Shown here one piece after another: positions 55,235 through 64,000 of a DNA stretch of 64,000 nt; within the stretch, counting starts at the first letter, position 1; the number at the start of each line of letters is the position of its first letter. The notes under the pieces were generated by a model. That model was not told the origin of the DNA, made no database searches, and was given only the letters and a program-made list of their open reading frames with translations. Source of the DNA: Poseidonia sp. (GTDB lineage Archaea; Thermoplasmatota; Poseidoniia; Poseidoniales; Poseidoniaceae); contig JALRLR010000001.1 in assembly GCA_023254355.1 (NCBI GenBank), positions 2,100 through 66,099 on the forward strand. Reading direction: 5' to 3'. The translations under genes and the position numbers were made by a program.

Positions 55235-57985
55235 TCAAGAGCGCTTTGCGAACTTGTAGGCAACGGACTCGTTTTTGCGAAGGTATAACGAAGCGGCGAA
55301 GGGATTTCCAGTCTTTTTGGAGGTGAAATCATCGAACGGTCCGAGATTTTTCGTTTCAATCAGCGTTTTTGCTTCTTCTCGGGTGATGTCCCGTTTCGAA
55401 ATGCACCGTTCAATGTGGATCTTGCAACCCGAGCCGCCTTCTTCGACGGTGTAATGCGTCTCCGTTTCGATGATGTTCGCCTTGTGGGTTGGACAAACTC
55501 CAACCACGCCCGGTTCAACCGGGAAACGCTTTGCATCCGCACTTGCGGCCCGTGGAGGGAAATCAAAGGACACCTTGTTTTTGTCGAGCACCAAAAACGC
55601 ACTGAAGGGGCGATTGCGCTTTGAAGTAAAATCCTCGAGGAGGACCGACTTCCCTTGGGTGAAGATGGGCTTCGCTTCTTCCGGTGTTACCGGACGCTTG
55701 CACATGATGTTCTGCATGCCTCTGAAGGTGCAATCGTCAAAATCGCAAACATACGCTGTCGAAGTGATACGGATGGTGCCGTGTTCACAGACAGGACAAG
55801 GACACAGCTCAGCGTCGCTTTCACTGGCTGCAGCTGCGGTGCTTCCCTTAGCAACGACCTTCCCGTCTTGTTCAAGGACAACGGAAGTCTCGTACCCCTC
55901 GCCGGCTTGAGAGAAAAAGCCGTGCAGGTCGTCCAATTGCTTGGATTCAATCAGACGAGTGGCCGTTGTACGGTCAAACCAGCGTCCTGATGTGTCTTTC
56001 CAGAACACGAAAGGACACCCCTTATCGCGTCCTTCATTCAATTCACACTGGTAGGAAAGGGTCGTTTCGATGACGTTTGCGGAGCAGGTCGGACATGCCC
56101 CGAGGGGCGGTTCGTTGGCGTAGAGCTGGCTCCGGTCATGGTCGCGAATTTTGGTGACCAGCGTGGTGGTTTGGTCAATGATTTTGGCCATGTAGGATTC
56201 CATGGCTTCCTCGCCCCTTTGGACCGCTAGCAGGGACGCCTCCATGTCGCCCGTGAGTTCAGGTGAAGTGATCCATTCGACGGGGATCCTTCGCAAAATG
56301 TCAATCATCCGAATGCCGTGTGGAGCCGCGCTGATGGTCCCGTTGCGTGAACGGCGAATGTAATTCCTATCGATCAACTTCTCGATGGTGTCGGCACGCG
56401 TGGCGGGGGTGCCAAGTCCCTTGTCTTTCATGGCTTCAGCCAACTCATCGTCATCGATGTGCTTGCCAGCGTGTTCCATCAATTGCAACAGGCTCGCCTC
56501 TTTGAGTCGGTTCTTGGGTTTGGAGAATTCCTCGGAGAACTCGTGTTCTTCAAGGGTCGATTCCGCTGGATTTGAGGGCAACTGACCCCATCCCTCCGGT
56601 ACATTATCCTTCTTTGGAACAACCGCTCGCCATCCGGGTTGGTCAAGAGCCTCAACTTCTTTGATGAATTGCTGGCCTTCTTTGCTGGTGGTTCGCTTGG
56701 TGACCGTCCACGCCGATGGTGGGTGCCAGGAGGCGAGGAAGTTGCGAACGATGAGATCGTACAACTTTGCATGATCACCGCTGAGATTGTTCGGTGGTTG
56801 TTGTCCCGTGGGTACAATGGCGTAGTGATCAGAGACTTTGCTGTTGTCAAAGTTTCTGCCTGCATTGGCCAGGCCATCGCTTTGCAAGCGTGCGACATGT
56901 TCGCTGTACTCTCCTTGCGACTTGATTTGCTCAAGGGTCTTTGCAACCGTTTCATGCATGTCTTCGGGAAGATGTTTTGAATCGGTACGAGGATAGGTCG
57001 TCAGTTTGAACTTGTCATACAGGTCTTGGGCCACGCCCAAGGTTCGCTTTGCCGACCACGACCACAGGCTGTTGGCACGTTTCTGGAGCGTGGTAAGGTC
57101 GAAATTCAAGGGCGGCTGCTCACGCTTGGTCCGATGCGTTTCCTCAGTTGAAAACGGTGAGGCACTGTTCAACACGGCCTCAATGGCTTCTTTTTCAGCC
57201 AATTCAACAATCCGATGTGCTTTCAGTTCAGGACGTTCATCGTCGTCTTTGTGGTCCATTCGTTCCCATCGGGCGGTCCACTTGGCCTCCCCTGACTGGA
57301 ACGTGGCGTTGAGTTGCCAATAGGGAAGGGGAACATGGGAAAGAACTTCCAATTCGTGGTCCACGACCAAGGCCAAAGTGGCGGTTTGAACACGGCCCAA
57401 GGAATTGGACGACCGATCGCGGCGATTTTGAGGCAGGAAGGTGTTGGCCACGCGAGAACCGTTCATACCGATGATCCAGTCGGCATGAGAACGAGCGTAA
57501 GCCGCATCGCTCAACGCCTTGTATTCATCGCCACTTTTTCGATTTTCGAAAGCCGAGAGCATGGCATCGAAGGTCATTGACTGCATCCACATTCGTGATA
57601 GGGGTGTGTTCACCTTGGCGTGTGCAACGATGGTTCTGAAGATCAGTTCACCTTCCCTAGCAGCATCGCAGGCGTTGACAATTTCCGTGACGGCTTTGTC
57701 CTTCAGCAACTTTTTGATGGCGTTGAGTTGGGTTTTGTTCCGTCCGCCTTTGGGTTTGTATTCAAAGGTGGGTGGAATGTAGGGTAAGCGGTCGATGGTT
57801 TTTCGCCAGTTTTTGAAGGCTTCATCGTACTCGTCCATGAATTTGAGTTCGAGCAAATGACCCACGGCCCACGTGATGATGATGTCATCGCTATGCCAGT
57901 GGGTGTCCAATTTTTTCCCTACCCCGAGGACGTTTGCAAGGTCCTCGGCAACACTGGGTTTCTCAGCAATGATGACGATGGACAT
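55235..57985 (-). CDS. topB: Type IA DNA topoisomerase, bacterial topoisomerase III-like with C-terminal Zn/repeat domains
   Basis: IIAEKPSVA, NACDAAREGELI, GMNGSR, LGRVQT, catalytic TYPRTDS, GLGTPATRA, ITSPELTG; three C-terminal CP-C/F.SK..F.A.L repeats. Confidence 0.9.
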   Translation of the reverse strand: MSIVIIAEKPSVAEDLANVLGVGKKLDTHWHSDDIIITWAVGHLLELKFMDEYDEAFKNWRKTIDRLPYIPPTFEYKPKGGRNKTQLNAIKKLLKDKAVTEIVNACDAAREGELIFRTIVAHAKVNTPLSRMWMQSMTFDAMLSAFENRKSGDEYKALSDAAYARSHADWIIGMNGSRVANTFLPQNRRDRSSNSLGRVQTATLALVVDHELEVLSHVPLPYWQLNATFQSGEAKWTARWERMDHKDDDERPELKAHRIVELAEKEAIEAVLNSASPFSTEETHRTKREQPPLNFDLTTLQKRANSLWSWSAKRTLGVAQDLYDKFKLTTYPRTDSKHLPEDMHETVAKTLEQIKSQGEYSEHVARLQSDGLANAGRNFDNSKVSDHYAIVPTGQQPPNNLSGDHAKLYDLIVRNFLASWHPPSAWTVTKRTTSKEGQQFIKEVEALDQPGWRAVVPKKDNVPEGWGQLPSNPAESTLEEHEFSEEFSKPKNRLKEASLLQLMEHAGKHIDDDELAEAMKDKGLGTPATRADTIEKLIDRNYIRRSRNGTISAAPHGIRMIDILRRIPVEWITSPELTGDMEASLLAVQRGEEAMESYMAKIIDQTTTLVTKIRDHDRSQLYANEPPLGACPTCSANVIETTLSYQCELNEGRDKGCPFVFWKDTSGRWFDRTTATRLIESKQLDDLHGFFSQAGEGYETSVVLEQDGKVVAKGSTAAAASESDAELCPCPVCEHGTIRITSTAYVCDFDDCTFRGMQNIMCKRPVTPEEAKPIFTQGKSVLLEDFTSKRNRPFSAFLVLDKNKVSFDFPPRAASADAKRFPVEPGVVGVCPTHKANIIETETHYTVEEGGSGCKIHIERCISKRDITREEAKTLIETKNLGPFDDFTSKKTGNPFAASLYLRKNESVAYKFAKRS

Positions 57986-58051
57986 GTTGTTGAACCGCAA
58001 CGACGACCATACTTGAACCCTCCTTCAACTTCGGTTCGCCTCGTGTGCGTG

Positions 58052-58072
58052 CATGAAATGTTTCATTTCATG
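58052..58072. repeat. Perfect 9-bp inverted repeat CATGAAATG-ttt-CATTTCATG
   Basis: Directly visible; overlaps the stop of the upstream gene and lies 66 nt upstream of the topoisomerase ATG. Confidence 0.7.
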
Positions 58073-58505
58073 GACCAAAAACATCCGATTGAACAAGCCG
58101 CTTCCGGTTGGCCTCCTCGTCCCAAGGCTGTTCCGCCTCTTTCCCTGCGCATCCCACGCATCCGGGGTAACCGGCATCCAGTAAATCAATCGCCGTCGCT
58201 TTGATGGCCTCCCATGCCTCCTTTGCCTCAAGTGGAATCCAAACCACGCCGAGGGGGGGTTCGCTATCGTTGCATTGGACCAGCACTTCCAAAGTGGATG
58301 GACGAAGGAGAGTCAGCGGTTCATCGAAGTTGGGTAAACAGGTCGGAAAGTGTAACCTCGACGGGAGACGGTCTCCCATCAACACCCCGAGGGAGTGGAG
58401 TTCAGGTTCAATCCAATCGGGTCCTTGGACCATGATGTGTTCTTCCCGTAACAACAGCCGAGCAGCCTCACGTACGGCCGGCCAACGCGGGTCCGTGATT
58501 CGCAT
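58068..58505 (-). CDS. Hypothetical protein with C-terminal CxxC
   Basis: MRITDPRWPAVREAARLL...GYPGCVGC; start chosen to avoid overlap with divergent pyrD. Confidence 0.65.
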   Translation of the reverse strand: MRITDPRWPAVREAARLLLREEHIMVQGPDWIEPELHSLGVLMGDRLPSRLHFPTCLPNFDEPLTLLRPSTLEVLVQCNDSEPPLGVVWIPLEAKEAWEAIKATAIDLLDAGYPGCVGCAGKEAEQPWDEEANRKRLVQSDVFGP

Positions 58506-58559
58506 GTTGCAAGGGAAAAGGGGGCAAGTCTTGAAGGATGGCTTTGCCGACCCTCTTGC

Positions 58560-59696
58560 ATGGGCGTGGGCTACAAGTTGTTTGCACGTCCCGCGCTCGC
58601 ACTGCAAGATTCCGAACGGGCCCACAAGCGAAGTCTGCGGATGCTGCGATGGATGGCGGCGACTGCTCCCGGACGTCTGATGCTACGCTCGCTCTACGCA
58701 CCCCGTCGCACGGTTCCGGTCAACTTGTTCGGGCATGAATACAAACACCCGTTCGGACTTGCTGCTGGGATGGACAAAAACGCAGAAGCATTGCGAGGAT
58801 GGGATGCCATCGGCCTCGCCTTCATTGAAATTGGCGGGGTGACCATGCTGGGCCAAGAAGGCAACCCAAAACCTCGGATGTTTCGAGCCGACGCCTCGAA
58901 AGCTCTGGTCAACCGCATGGGGTTCAACAACCAAGGCAGTGAAGCGATTCAACGCCACCTCGAGGCTCATGTTCGTCGCTACGGTCGGCCCAAGGCCCCG
59001 CTCTGGGTGAATTTAGGAAAATCGAAGGTGACCTCCTTGGAAGATGCGCACACCGATTACGCCACCACCATGGAACGTCTTTGGAAGCACACGGACGTTT
59101 TTGTTATCAACGTCTCATCGCCAAACACCCCTCATTTGCGGACCCTTCAAAACGATGAGGGTCTCCAACGGATTCTCGACGCATGCCACGAAGTCAACCA
59201 ACGCCTTTCAGCCTCAACCACCAAAGATGAAATCCCGTTATTGGTCAAGATCGCTCCCGACGTCGCCGATGAACAATTGGAACTGATCGTTCGAACGGCA
59301 CAAGCCAACGGCGCAGCAGGGATGGTGGTCAGCAACACCACCCTCGCTCGTCCAGAACCCCGTTCTTCCAAAGAAAAACACCTCTTCGAAGAACAAGGTG
59401 GGTTGAGCGGCCAACCCCTGAAGAACCGCTCCACTGAATTGATACGCCAAGTTCGCTCGCTGGCAGGTCCAGATTGGCCCATTGTTGGCGTGGGTGGCGT
59501 CGCGAATGCGGATGATGCATGGGAAAAAATTCGTGCAGGGGCCAGCTTGGTCCAAGCCTACAGTGCCTTTGTCTTTGAAGGCCCAGCACTGGTAAAATCG
59601 GTCGTCCACGGCTTGGATAAACGACGCCGATCTGCTGGATTTGAGACGCTTCAGCAGGCGGTCGGAATGGATGACGTGCCCGCCGAGGATTGTTAA
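58560..59696 (+). CDS. pyrD: Quinone-dependent dihydroorotate dehydrogenase (class 2)
   Basis: GLAAGMDKN, GNPKPRMFR, NRMGFNN, NLGKSK, INVSSPNTP, LVKIAPD, SNTT, GGLSG. Confidence 0.96.
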   Translation: MGVGYKLFARPALALQDSERAHKRSLRMLRWMAATAPGRLMLRSLYAPRRTVPVNLFGHEYKHPFGLAAGMDKNAEALRGWDAIGLAFIEIGGVTMLGQEGNPKPRMFRADASKALVNRMGFNNQGSEAIQRHLEAHVRRYGRPKAPLWVNLGKSKVTSLEDAHTDYATTMERLWKHTDVFVINVSSPNTPHLRTLQNDEGLQRILDACHEVNQRLSASTTKDEIPLLVKIAPDVADEQLELIVRTAQANGAAGMVVSNTTLARPEPRSSKEKHLFEEQGGLSGQPLKNRSTELIRQVRSLAGPDWPIVGVGGVANADDAWEKIRAGASLVQAYSAFVFEGPALVKSVVHGLDKRRRSAGFETLQQAVGMDDVPAEDC

Positions 59697-59720
59697 AGGT
59701 GCATCGATTGAGGGTAGGCA

Positions 59721-60113
59721 ATGTGGGCCCGTCGAACCCGTGTCTTGGTCATCGGGGCGGTCCTCATGGTCGGCCTCTTGGCGACGGTGCTGCTTCAAGC
59801 CCCGACGCCAACACAGACGGTTGATGAGGTGATGAAGTCCCCAAATAATTTGGTTGATCAGGACATCGCCGTGCGTGGTGAAGTACGGGATGGAACCATC
59901 GATAACGGCACCATGACCTTCATTCTTGAAGGGGCCACCTCGACGCTGCTGGTGAGTTTCAACGATGCGTCGGTATCGAACGGATTGGATGACAATCGGA
60001 CCGTGTATGCTGAAGGTGTGCTTCGATTTGACGGCGAAAACTACCGGCTTGATGCGAACGTGATCAAGACCTCGTGCCCCTCAAAATACGAGGAAGGGGA
60101 GAACAACGGCTGA
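59721..60113 (+). CDS. ccmE: Cytochrome c maturation heme chaperone CcmE, CxxxY variant
   Basis: N-terminal TM, OB-fold VRGEV..GTI, VYAEG, C-terminal KTSCPSKYEE. Confidence 0.85.
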   Translation: MWARRTRVLVIGAVLMVGLLATVLLQAPTPTQTVDEVMKSPNNLVDQDIAVRGEVRDGTIDNGTMTFILEGATSTLLVSFNDASVSNGLDDNRTVYAEGVLRFDGENYRLDANVIKTSCPSKYEEGENNG

Positions 60114-60164
60114 GGTTTGGCTTCGTTGCCTTCATATAGGCTGAAGTGGACCGTTGAACGGGAT

Positions 60165-60455
60165 AGGTGGGGAGCTCGGCGTACCCTGTACCACAAAGCG
60201 TCGTTATGGTGGACTGAACGCCTTGGGGCGGCGAAAGCGGTCTCGTGGTTCCCGTAGGCGGACGTTGATGTCTCGCCCCCACATGACTCGGGTGTCATGA
60301 ACCGTCTCCGGAAGGAAACGGGAATTGGATAACCGGGGGACTAGGTCAGGCCGGGAACGGAGCAGCCCTACCTGGGGCCATGGGTGCTGTGGGGATCCGG
60401 GATGGAGGAAGCTTGCGGATTTGGCTGCGCGAAGCGCACGTCCACCCTCGGCCCT
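60165..60455 (+). ncRNA. ffs: Signal recognition particle (7S) RNA, ends approximate
   Basis: Alu domain GGATAGGTGGGGAGCTCGGCGTACCCTGTA, helix 6 CCGTCTCC-GGAA-GGAAACGG (60302-60321), helix 8 CAGG-CCG-GGAA-CGG-AGCAG (60347-60365), GGTGGAC/GTCCACC pairing; TATA-like TTCATATA at 60131-60138. Confidence 0.9.
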
Positions 60456-60460
60456 CCCAC

Positions 60461-60955
60461 CTAAATGTCAAACACGACTTGAGCGTACCAACAGGGGCCA
60501 ACAAATTCAGGAACACCGTCATACGGGCTGAGAACGCTTTCATCCGGCTCGATGAATTTGAGTTCGAAGTCGTGGGTCGTGATGGCTTTGATTTCAATTT
60601 CACGCTCAATCAGGGTGGCATCCACCCATGCCACCTGGGCGATGAGTTCCATACCTTGCTCAATGGATACGATTCGCAATTGGGACTCCACCAACCATTG
60701 CTGATGGACCTCGGCCCGGTACAAGATTTCGTCAAGCCAAGCGAGAAACAGAAAACCGAGGTCTTGGGGGTTGTGTGGGGAACGCACTCGCCATTCACCG
60801 CTGTGGCGCAGATGTGAATTGACCTCCTTGGCCGCCTGGGATGACATCAGATAGGTTTGCACGCCATGAGCAGCGTCTTGGAGCAGGGTTGCCGGTGATG
60901 GGGCCACGACGGCCATGCCAGCGTCGGCCGTCGTGGGAAACAACCAGGAACTCAC
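60461..60955 (-). CDS. Archease (RtcB cofactor)
   Basis: N-terminal PTTADAG (HTAD equivalent), FLAWLDEILY, EIKAITTH, C-terminal AQVVFDI. Confidence 0.88.
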   Translation of the reverse strand: MSSWLFPTTADAGMAVVAPSPATLLQDAAHGVQTYLMSSQAAKEVNSHLRHSGEWRVRSPHNPQDLGFLFLAWLDEILYRAEVHQQWLVESQLRIVSIEQGMELIAQVAWVDATLIEREIEIKAITTHDFELKFIEPDESVLSPYDGVPEFVGPCWYAQVVFDI

Positions 60956-60964
60956 CAAGCCACC

Positions 60965-62026
60965 TCAACGTTTTGAGACTTGGAGGTTCCACACGTGTTC
61001 ACCGACTCGATGAATCATTGCATCCCGATTGAGGACGAACGCATCGGTCTGCTCGGCGGCCAAGATGCATTCGCAAGCTGCGTTGGCTAAGAGCGCCGTG
61101 GACCTGACATCGAGATTTCTGGAAAGGGCGAAGGCAATGGCAACGGCCGCAGCATCGATCAGACCAATCATTTGACGCAGATCCAACAAGCCGCAGGGAG
61201 CGTGAACGGTTTCTTCATCGGCGGAATAAATGGTCACGCCAGCCTCACCGGAAAGCACAACAAGATGTTTCCATCGATATTGCTTGAGAAGTTTTTCAGC
61301 CGCCTCTGCTCCGGTGGATGCGGCTAATCGCCTTCGCATCAACTCCAAGCCTTGGCTTTGAAAGAGAATCCAATCAACCCCCTCGGTACGGTGAAGTCCA
61401 GTGAGTTTCGGGTCCGCAATCACAGGAATGTTTCGCTCTTTGGCGGCGGTAAACAACGCTTCAGCCCCTTGGTCCGTGATGACCCCTTGGCCGTAATCCG
61501 AAGCGATCAAGGCCGCTGCACCTTCCAAATCATGGACGGCTTGCTCGTAGAGAGCCGTGGAGGCTTCTTCAGGAACGGGGTCGTCGTCCTCAATGTCCCA
61601 ACGCAACAACAACTGTTCTTCTCGAATCAGACTTTCCCGGGAAGCGAGCATGCGTGTTTTGACCGTCGTGGTCCGGTCTTCAATGATGGCAATGCCGTGC
61701 GTGGTCACGCCCTCATTTTCAAGCGATTCAATGATGCTGAGGCCAGCCGCGTCGTCCCCGACCACACCGAAGAGATGACTTTCCATGCCCATGGAACGGA
61801 GGCCACGAGCCACGTGAGCGGCCGCACCCACGTCTTCTTCACGGGCCGTTTCTCGAAGAACGGGAACCGGGGCACGTGAATTGAGATTGTTGGCGTAGCC
61901 GTGAATGTAACAATCCATCATTACATCGCCGATAAGCACAATCTTGGCTGATTCGTTTGAACGCAGGTGGAATTTCAGTTCGGACAAGGTGTCGTGGAGT
62001 CGTGCTTCTTCATCCGTCATTCCCAT
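60965..62026 (-). CDS. PfkB-family kinase similar to the HldA/RfaE heptose-7-phosphate kinase domain
   Basis: VLIGDVMMDCYIHG, APVPVL, GAAAHVA, GVVGDDAAG, TTVKTR, SDYGQG, VIADPK; altered C-terminal motif. Confidence 0.82.
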   Translation of the reverse strand: MGMTDEEARLHDTLSELKFHLRSNESAKIVLIGDVMMDCYIHGYANNLNSRAPVPVLRETAREEDVGAAAHVARGLRSMGMESHLFGVVGDDAAGLSIIESLENEGVTTHGIAIIEDRTTTVKTRMLASRESLIREEQLLLRWDIEDDDPVPEEASTALYEQAVHDLEGAAALIASDYGQGVITDQGAEALFTAAKERNIPVIADPKLTGLHRTEGVDWILFQSQGLELMRRRLAASTGAEAAEKLLKQYRWKHLVVLSGEAGVTIYSADEETVHAPCGLLDLRQMIGLIDAAAVAIAFALSRNLDVRSTALLANAACECILAAEQTDAFVLNRDAMIHRVGEHVWNLQVSKR

Positions 62027-62030
62027 GGTG

Positions 62031-62993
62031 TTACCCCCTTGTGTGTTCTGACAGTTCACGCATGATTCGTTCGTGCTCTTCTTGCGTGATGCCCAATTCT
62101 TGGCGAAGCGTACGGAGCATGGCGTGCTCGTCGGCGGTGATGACGTTATCTTGTAGGGCGGTCTTGACGGTCGCTGCATAGGCAGAGTAATTTTCGGATT
62201 GAACGGGCTGCTCTCGTGCACGGTCAAGCAAGGCGTTGTGGGTCACTTGGTCAATGCCAAAGGCCACACGGAAGGTTTCGAGCAGGTCGATTTCGTCCTG
62301 CATGATTTGACCGTCGTCCAATGCCTGTACAATCATGTCGTAGTACACCTCTTCCGGCGGAGGAATTTTGAGTTCTTTTCTGGCCTCGTTGGACAACCTC
62401 CGTGCCCGCTCAGGGTGCATTCCCAAAAATTCAACCACTTCGTTCAGAAGAGATTGTTCGTCTTTGGTGATCTTTCCGTCTTCCCATGCACGGGCAAACA
62501 TCCGTCGCACCAATTCCTCTCCGTACTGAGCATCGATGGAAGCCATGCCTTCAGGATTCGAGACGGGTGAGACGAGGGGGCCTTCGTGGTAGTTCATCCC
62601 CTCATCAACGTGAGAAAGCAATTCCAAAATGGGCTGAGGCGATGTCCAGAGGTCCCCAAGGGGAACCGATTTTTCGCCCTTCACCACCGATTTCGCAAAA
62701 ATTTTGTCCTTGAGTTCGTTGGCCAAGGTCGCCCCAATTTCGGTGAGGGTGTAGACGCGTTTGCGTTGCTTCCCACCGGGGATGTGTCGTTGAGTGACTT
62801 GAATGTGGCCGTTTTTTTCCATACGCTTGAGGGTGCGAGGGATGTGTTTTCGCTGAACATGGACGGCCGCCGAGATGCCTGCTTGTGTGAGGGTGGCGGG
62901 TGCTTCCCAGCCTCCAGAAGGCAGTTGTTGGTTGTGGAGGTGCAACAGGGTTCTCTCCTCGGTCGTCAGGCTTCCAAGGTATCCCTCAACCAC
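62031..62993 (-). CDS. Winged-helix DNA-binding domain fused to three TerB-like helical repeats
   Basis: LTQAGIS..VQRKHIPRTLKRM...RKRVYTLTEIG; repeats AWEDGKITKDEQSLL, ALDDGQIMQDEIDLL, ALQDNVITADEHAML. Confidence 0.8.
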   Translation of the reverse strand: MVEGYLGSLTTEERTLLHLHNQQLPSGGWEAPATLTQAGISAAVHVQRKHIPRTLKRMEKNGHIQVTQRHIPGGKQRKRVYTLTEIGATLANELKDKIFAKSVVKGEKSVPLGDLWTSPQPILELLSHVDEGMNYHEGPLVSPVSNPEGMASIDAQYGEELVRRMFARAWEDGKITKDEQSLLNEVVEFLGMHPERARRLSNEARKELKIPPPEEVYYDMIVQALDDGQIMQDEIDLLETFRVAFGIDQVTHNALLDRAREQPVQSENYSAYAATVKTALQDNVITADEHAMLRTLRQELGITQEEHERIMRELSEHTRG

Positions 62994-63083
62994 AACACCG
63001 CCCCAACGCTTTGGACCTCATGGTAGCACATAGCCCAATCGGTTGTGCGGCGAACTCAAATGTGGCTCGTCCTTCGCGACATC

Positions 63084-64000
63084 ATGGCAGGGCGTGAACG
63101 GAAATACACGCCGCGTGCTCGAACCCAGCGTCCACTCGGCACTTCCATGACGACCAACACGCCTCCTGCACACCCGCTTCCTGAACCGCACAAACTTGAC
63201 GGGGGGTGGTTTCTCCCCGCGCCTCTTGCTCAACGCCTGTACGAAAAGAGCGCCTTGGGCGTTCCATCCGAGGACGGCGGGATCGTCCTCACCTCTGAGG
63301 AGCTGATGTTTTGCCACTGGTACCGGCACGTGCCGTTGCCCGAACACGATACGGCATGGTTCGGGCGTGAACTCAAACATCGCTCTGAACTTGCTCTCCG
63401 TTGCATTGCCATGGATGTGCTTCGCAACGGTGGCGAATTGGTCGTTCCAAGCGTGAACTTGGTGACGCGTTTCCCAAGGCTGCCATCGGTCACCTGGGCC
63501 GTCCGCTGGGAGCGTCACGAAACATGGACCAAACACCATGGATTTAGTCAGATTCGTGTTCATCACGCCCAAGAATCGCTTGATTGGGATGAATTGCACG
63601 GGTGGGTGAATGAGGTGGTTTCCTTTGGCCATCGAGCCGAACTCTGTGTGATTGACGATGAATTTGACGCCACGGTGTACGAACTTTGCTTTGAGAACCC
63701 ATTGGGTGACCAAACCACCCTGTCGTCCCTGTCCTTGGAACAGCGCAAGCTCGTCACGAGGATGTGCAAGGAGGCGGTCCCCCTTGAAGGCGGATTTTTT
63801 GTTCAAAACGCCGATGAATGGCCGCTTCCGGCGGTAGGATTGAACCACTTCTCGGGTCGTTTTCTGCGTCAGGAAGAACACGACCACCTCCTTGAAAACC
63901 AACATTCACCCCACGCCGCACTCTATTCAGCGTTGGTGAACCGAGGTTTGTTGCTTCGTCCAGGGTTCAAGTATGGATGCCGTTGGCGTGTTTACGAAAC
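63084..64000 (+). CDS. endA: tRNA-splicing endonuclease EndA (3' end runs off the window)
   Basis: Open frame from ATG 63084 (or 63147) to the window end, finishing LYSALVNRGLLLRPGFKYGCRWRVYE (EndA catalytic-unit signature), preceded by a degenerate first unit as in the two-unit euryarchaeal enzyme. Confidence 0.88.
   Translation, partial: MAGRERKYTPRARTQRPLGTSMTTNTPPAHPLPEPHKLDGGWFLPAPLAQRLYEKSALGVPSEDGGIVLTSEELMFCHWYRHVPLPEHDTAWFGRELKHRSELALRCIAMDVLRNGGELVVPSVNLVTRFPRLPSVTWAVRWERHETWTKHHGFSQIRVHHAQESLDWDELHGWVNEVVSFGHRAELCVIDDEFDATVYELCFENPLGDQTTLSSLSLEQRKLVTRMCKEAVPLEGGFFVQNADEWPLPAVGLNHFSGRFLRQEEHDHLLENQHSPHAALYSALVNRGLLLRPGFKYGCRWRVYE

Overview
Gene-dense archaeal chromosomal segment, most consistent with Marine Group II Euryarchaeota (Ca. 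Poseidoniales). This is inferred from archaeal informational genes (rpoE'/spt4/rps24e/rps27ae, archaeal AlaRS/ValRS, DTD2, EndA, archease, RtcB, SRP RNA, two CCA-encoding tRNAs) mixed with bacterial-type metabolic genes and very large acidic Ca-binding surface proteins. No IS, prophage or CRISPR array is visible. The strongest candidate for an under-described system is a four-gene DNA-damage-tolerance ('mutasome'-like) cassette at 24.8-29.5 kb: small helical PolB2 partner + PolB2, a convergent RadA/ImuA-like ATPase, and a divergent PolY/DinB. Both polymerases end in clamp-binding-like motifs, and TTTCACTT-type boxes resembling archaeal UV-response elements lie about 50 nt upstream of two of the three transcription units. 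Other notable items: a TSP3-stalk lipoprotein carrying an apparently intact PNGase F-like domain; a ~1026-codon DxDxDG-repeat surface protein with an embedded lipoyl/biotinyl-like domain, interrupted by one in-frame TAG; a wHTH-TerB-like / HldA-like kinase / archease operon between SRP RNA and endA; and a bacterial-type topoisomerase III. All family assignments come from motif recognition by eye, without database searches. Start codons are best guesses.
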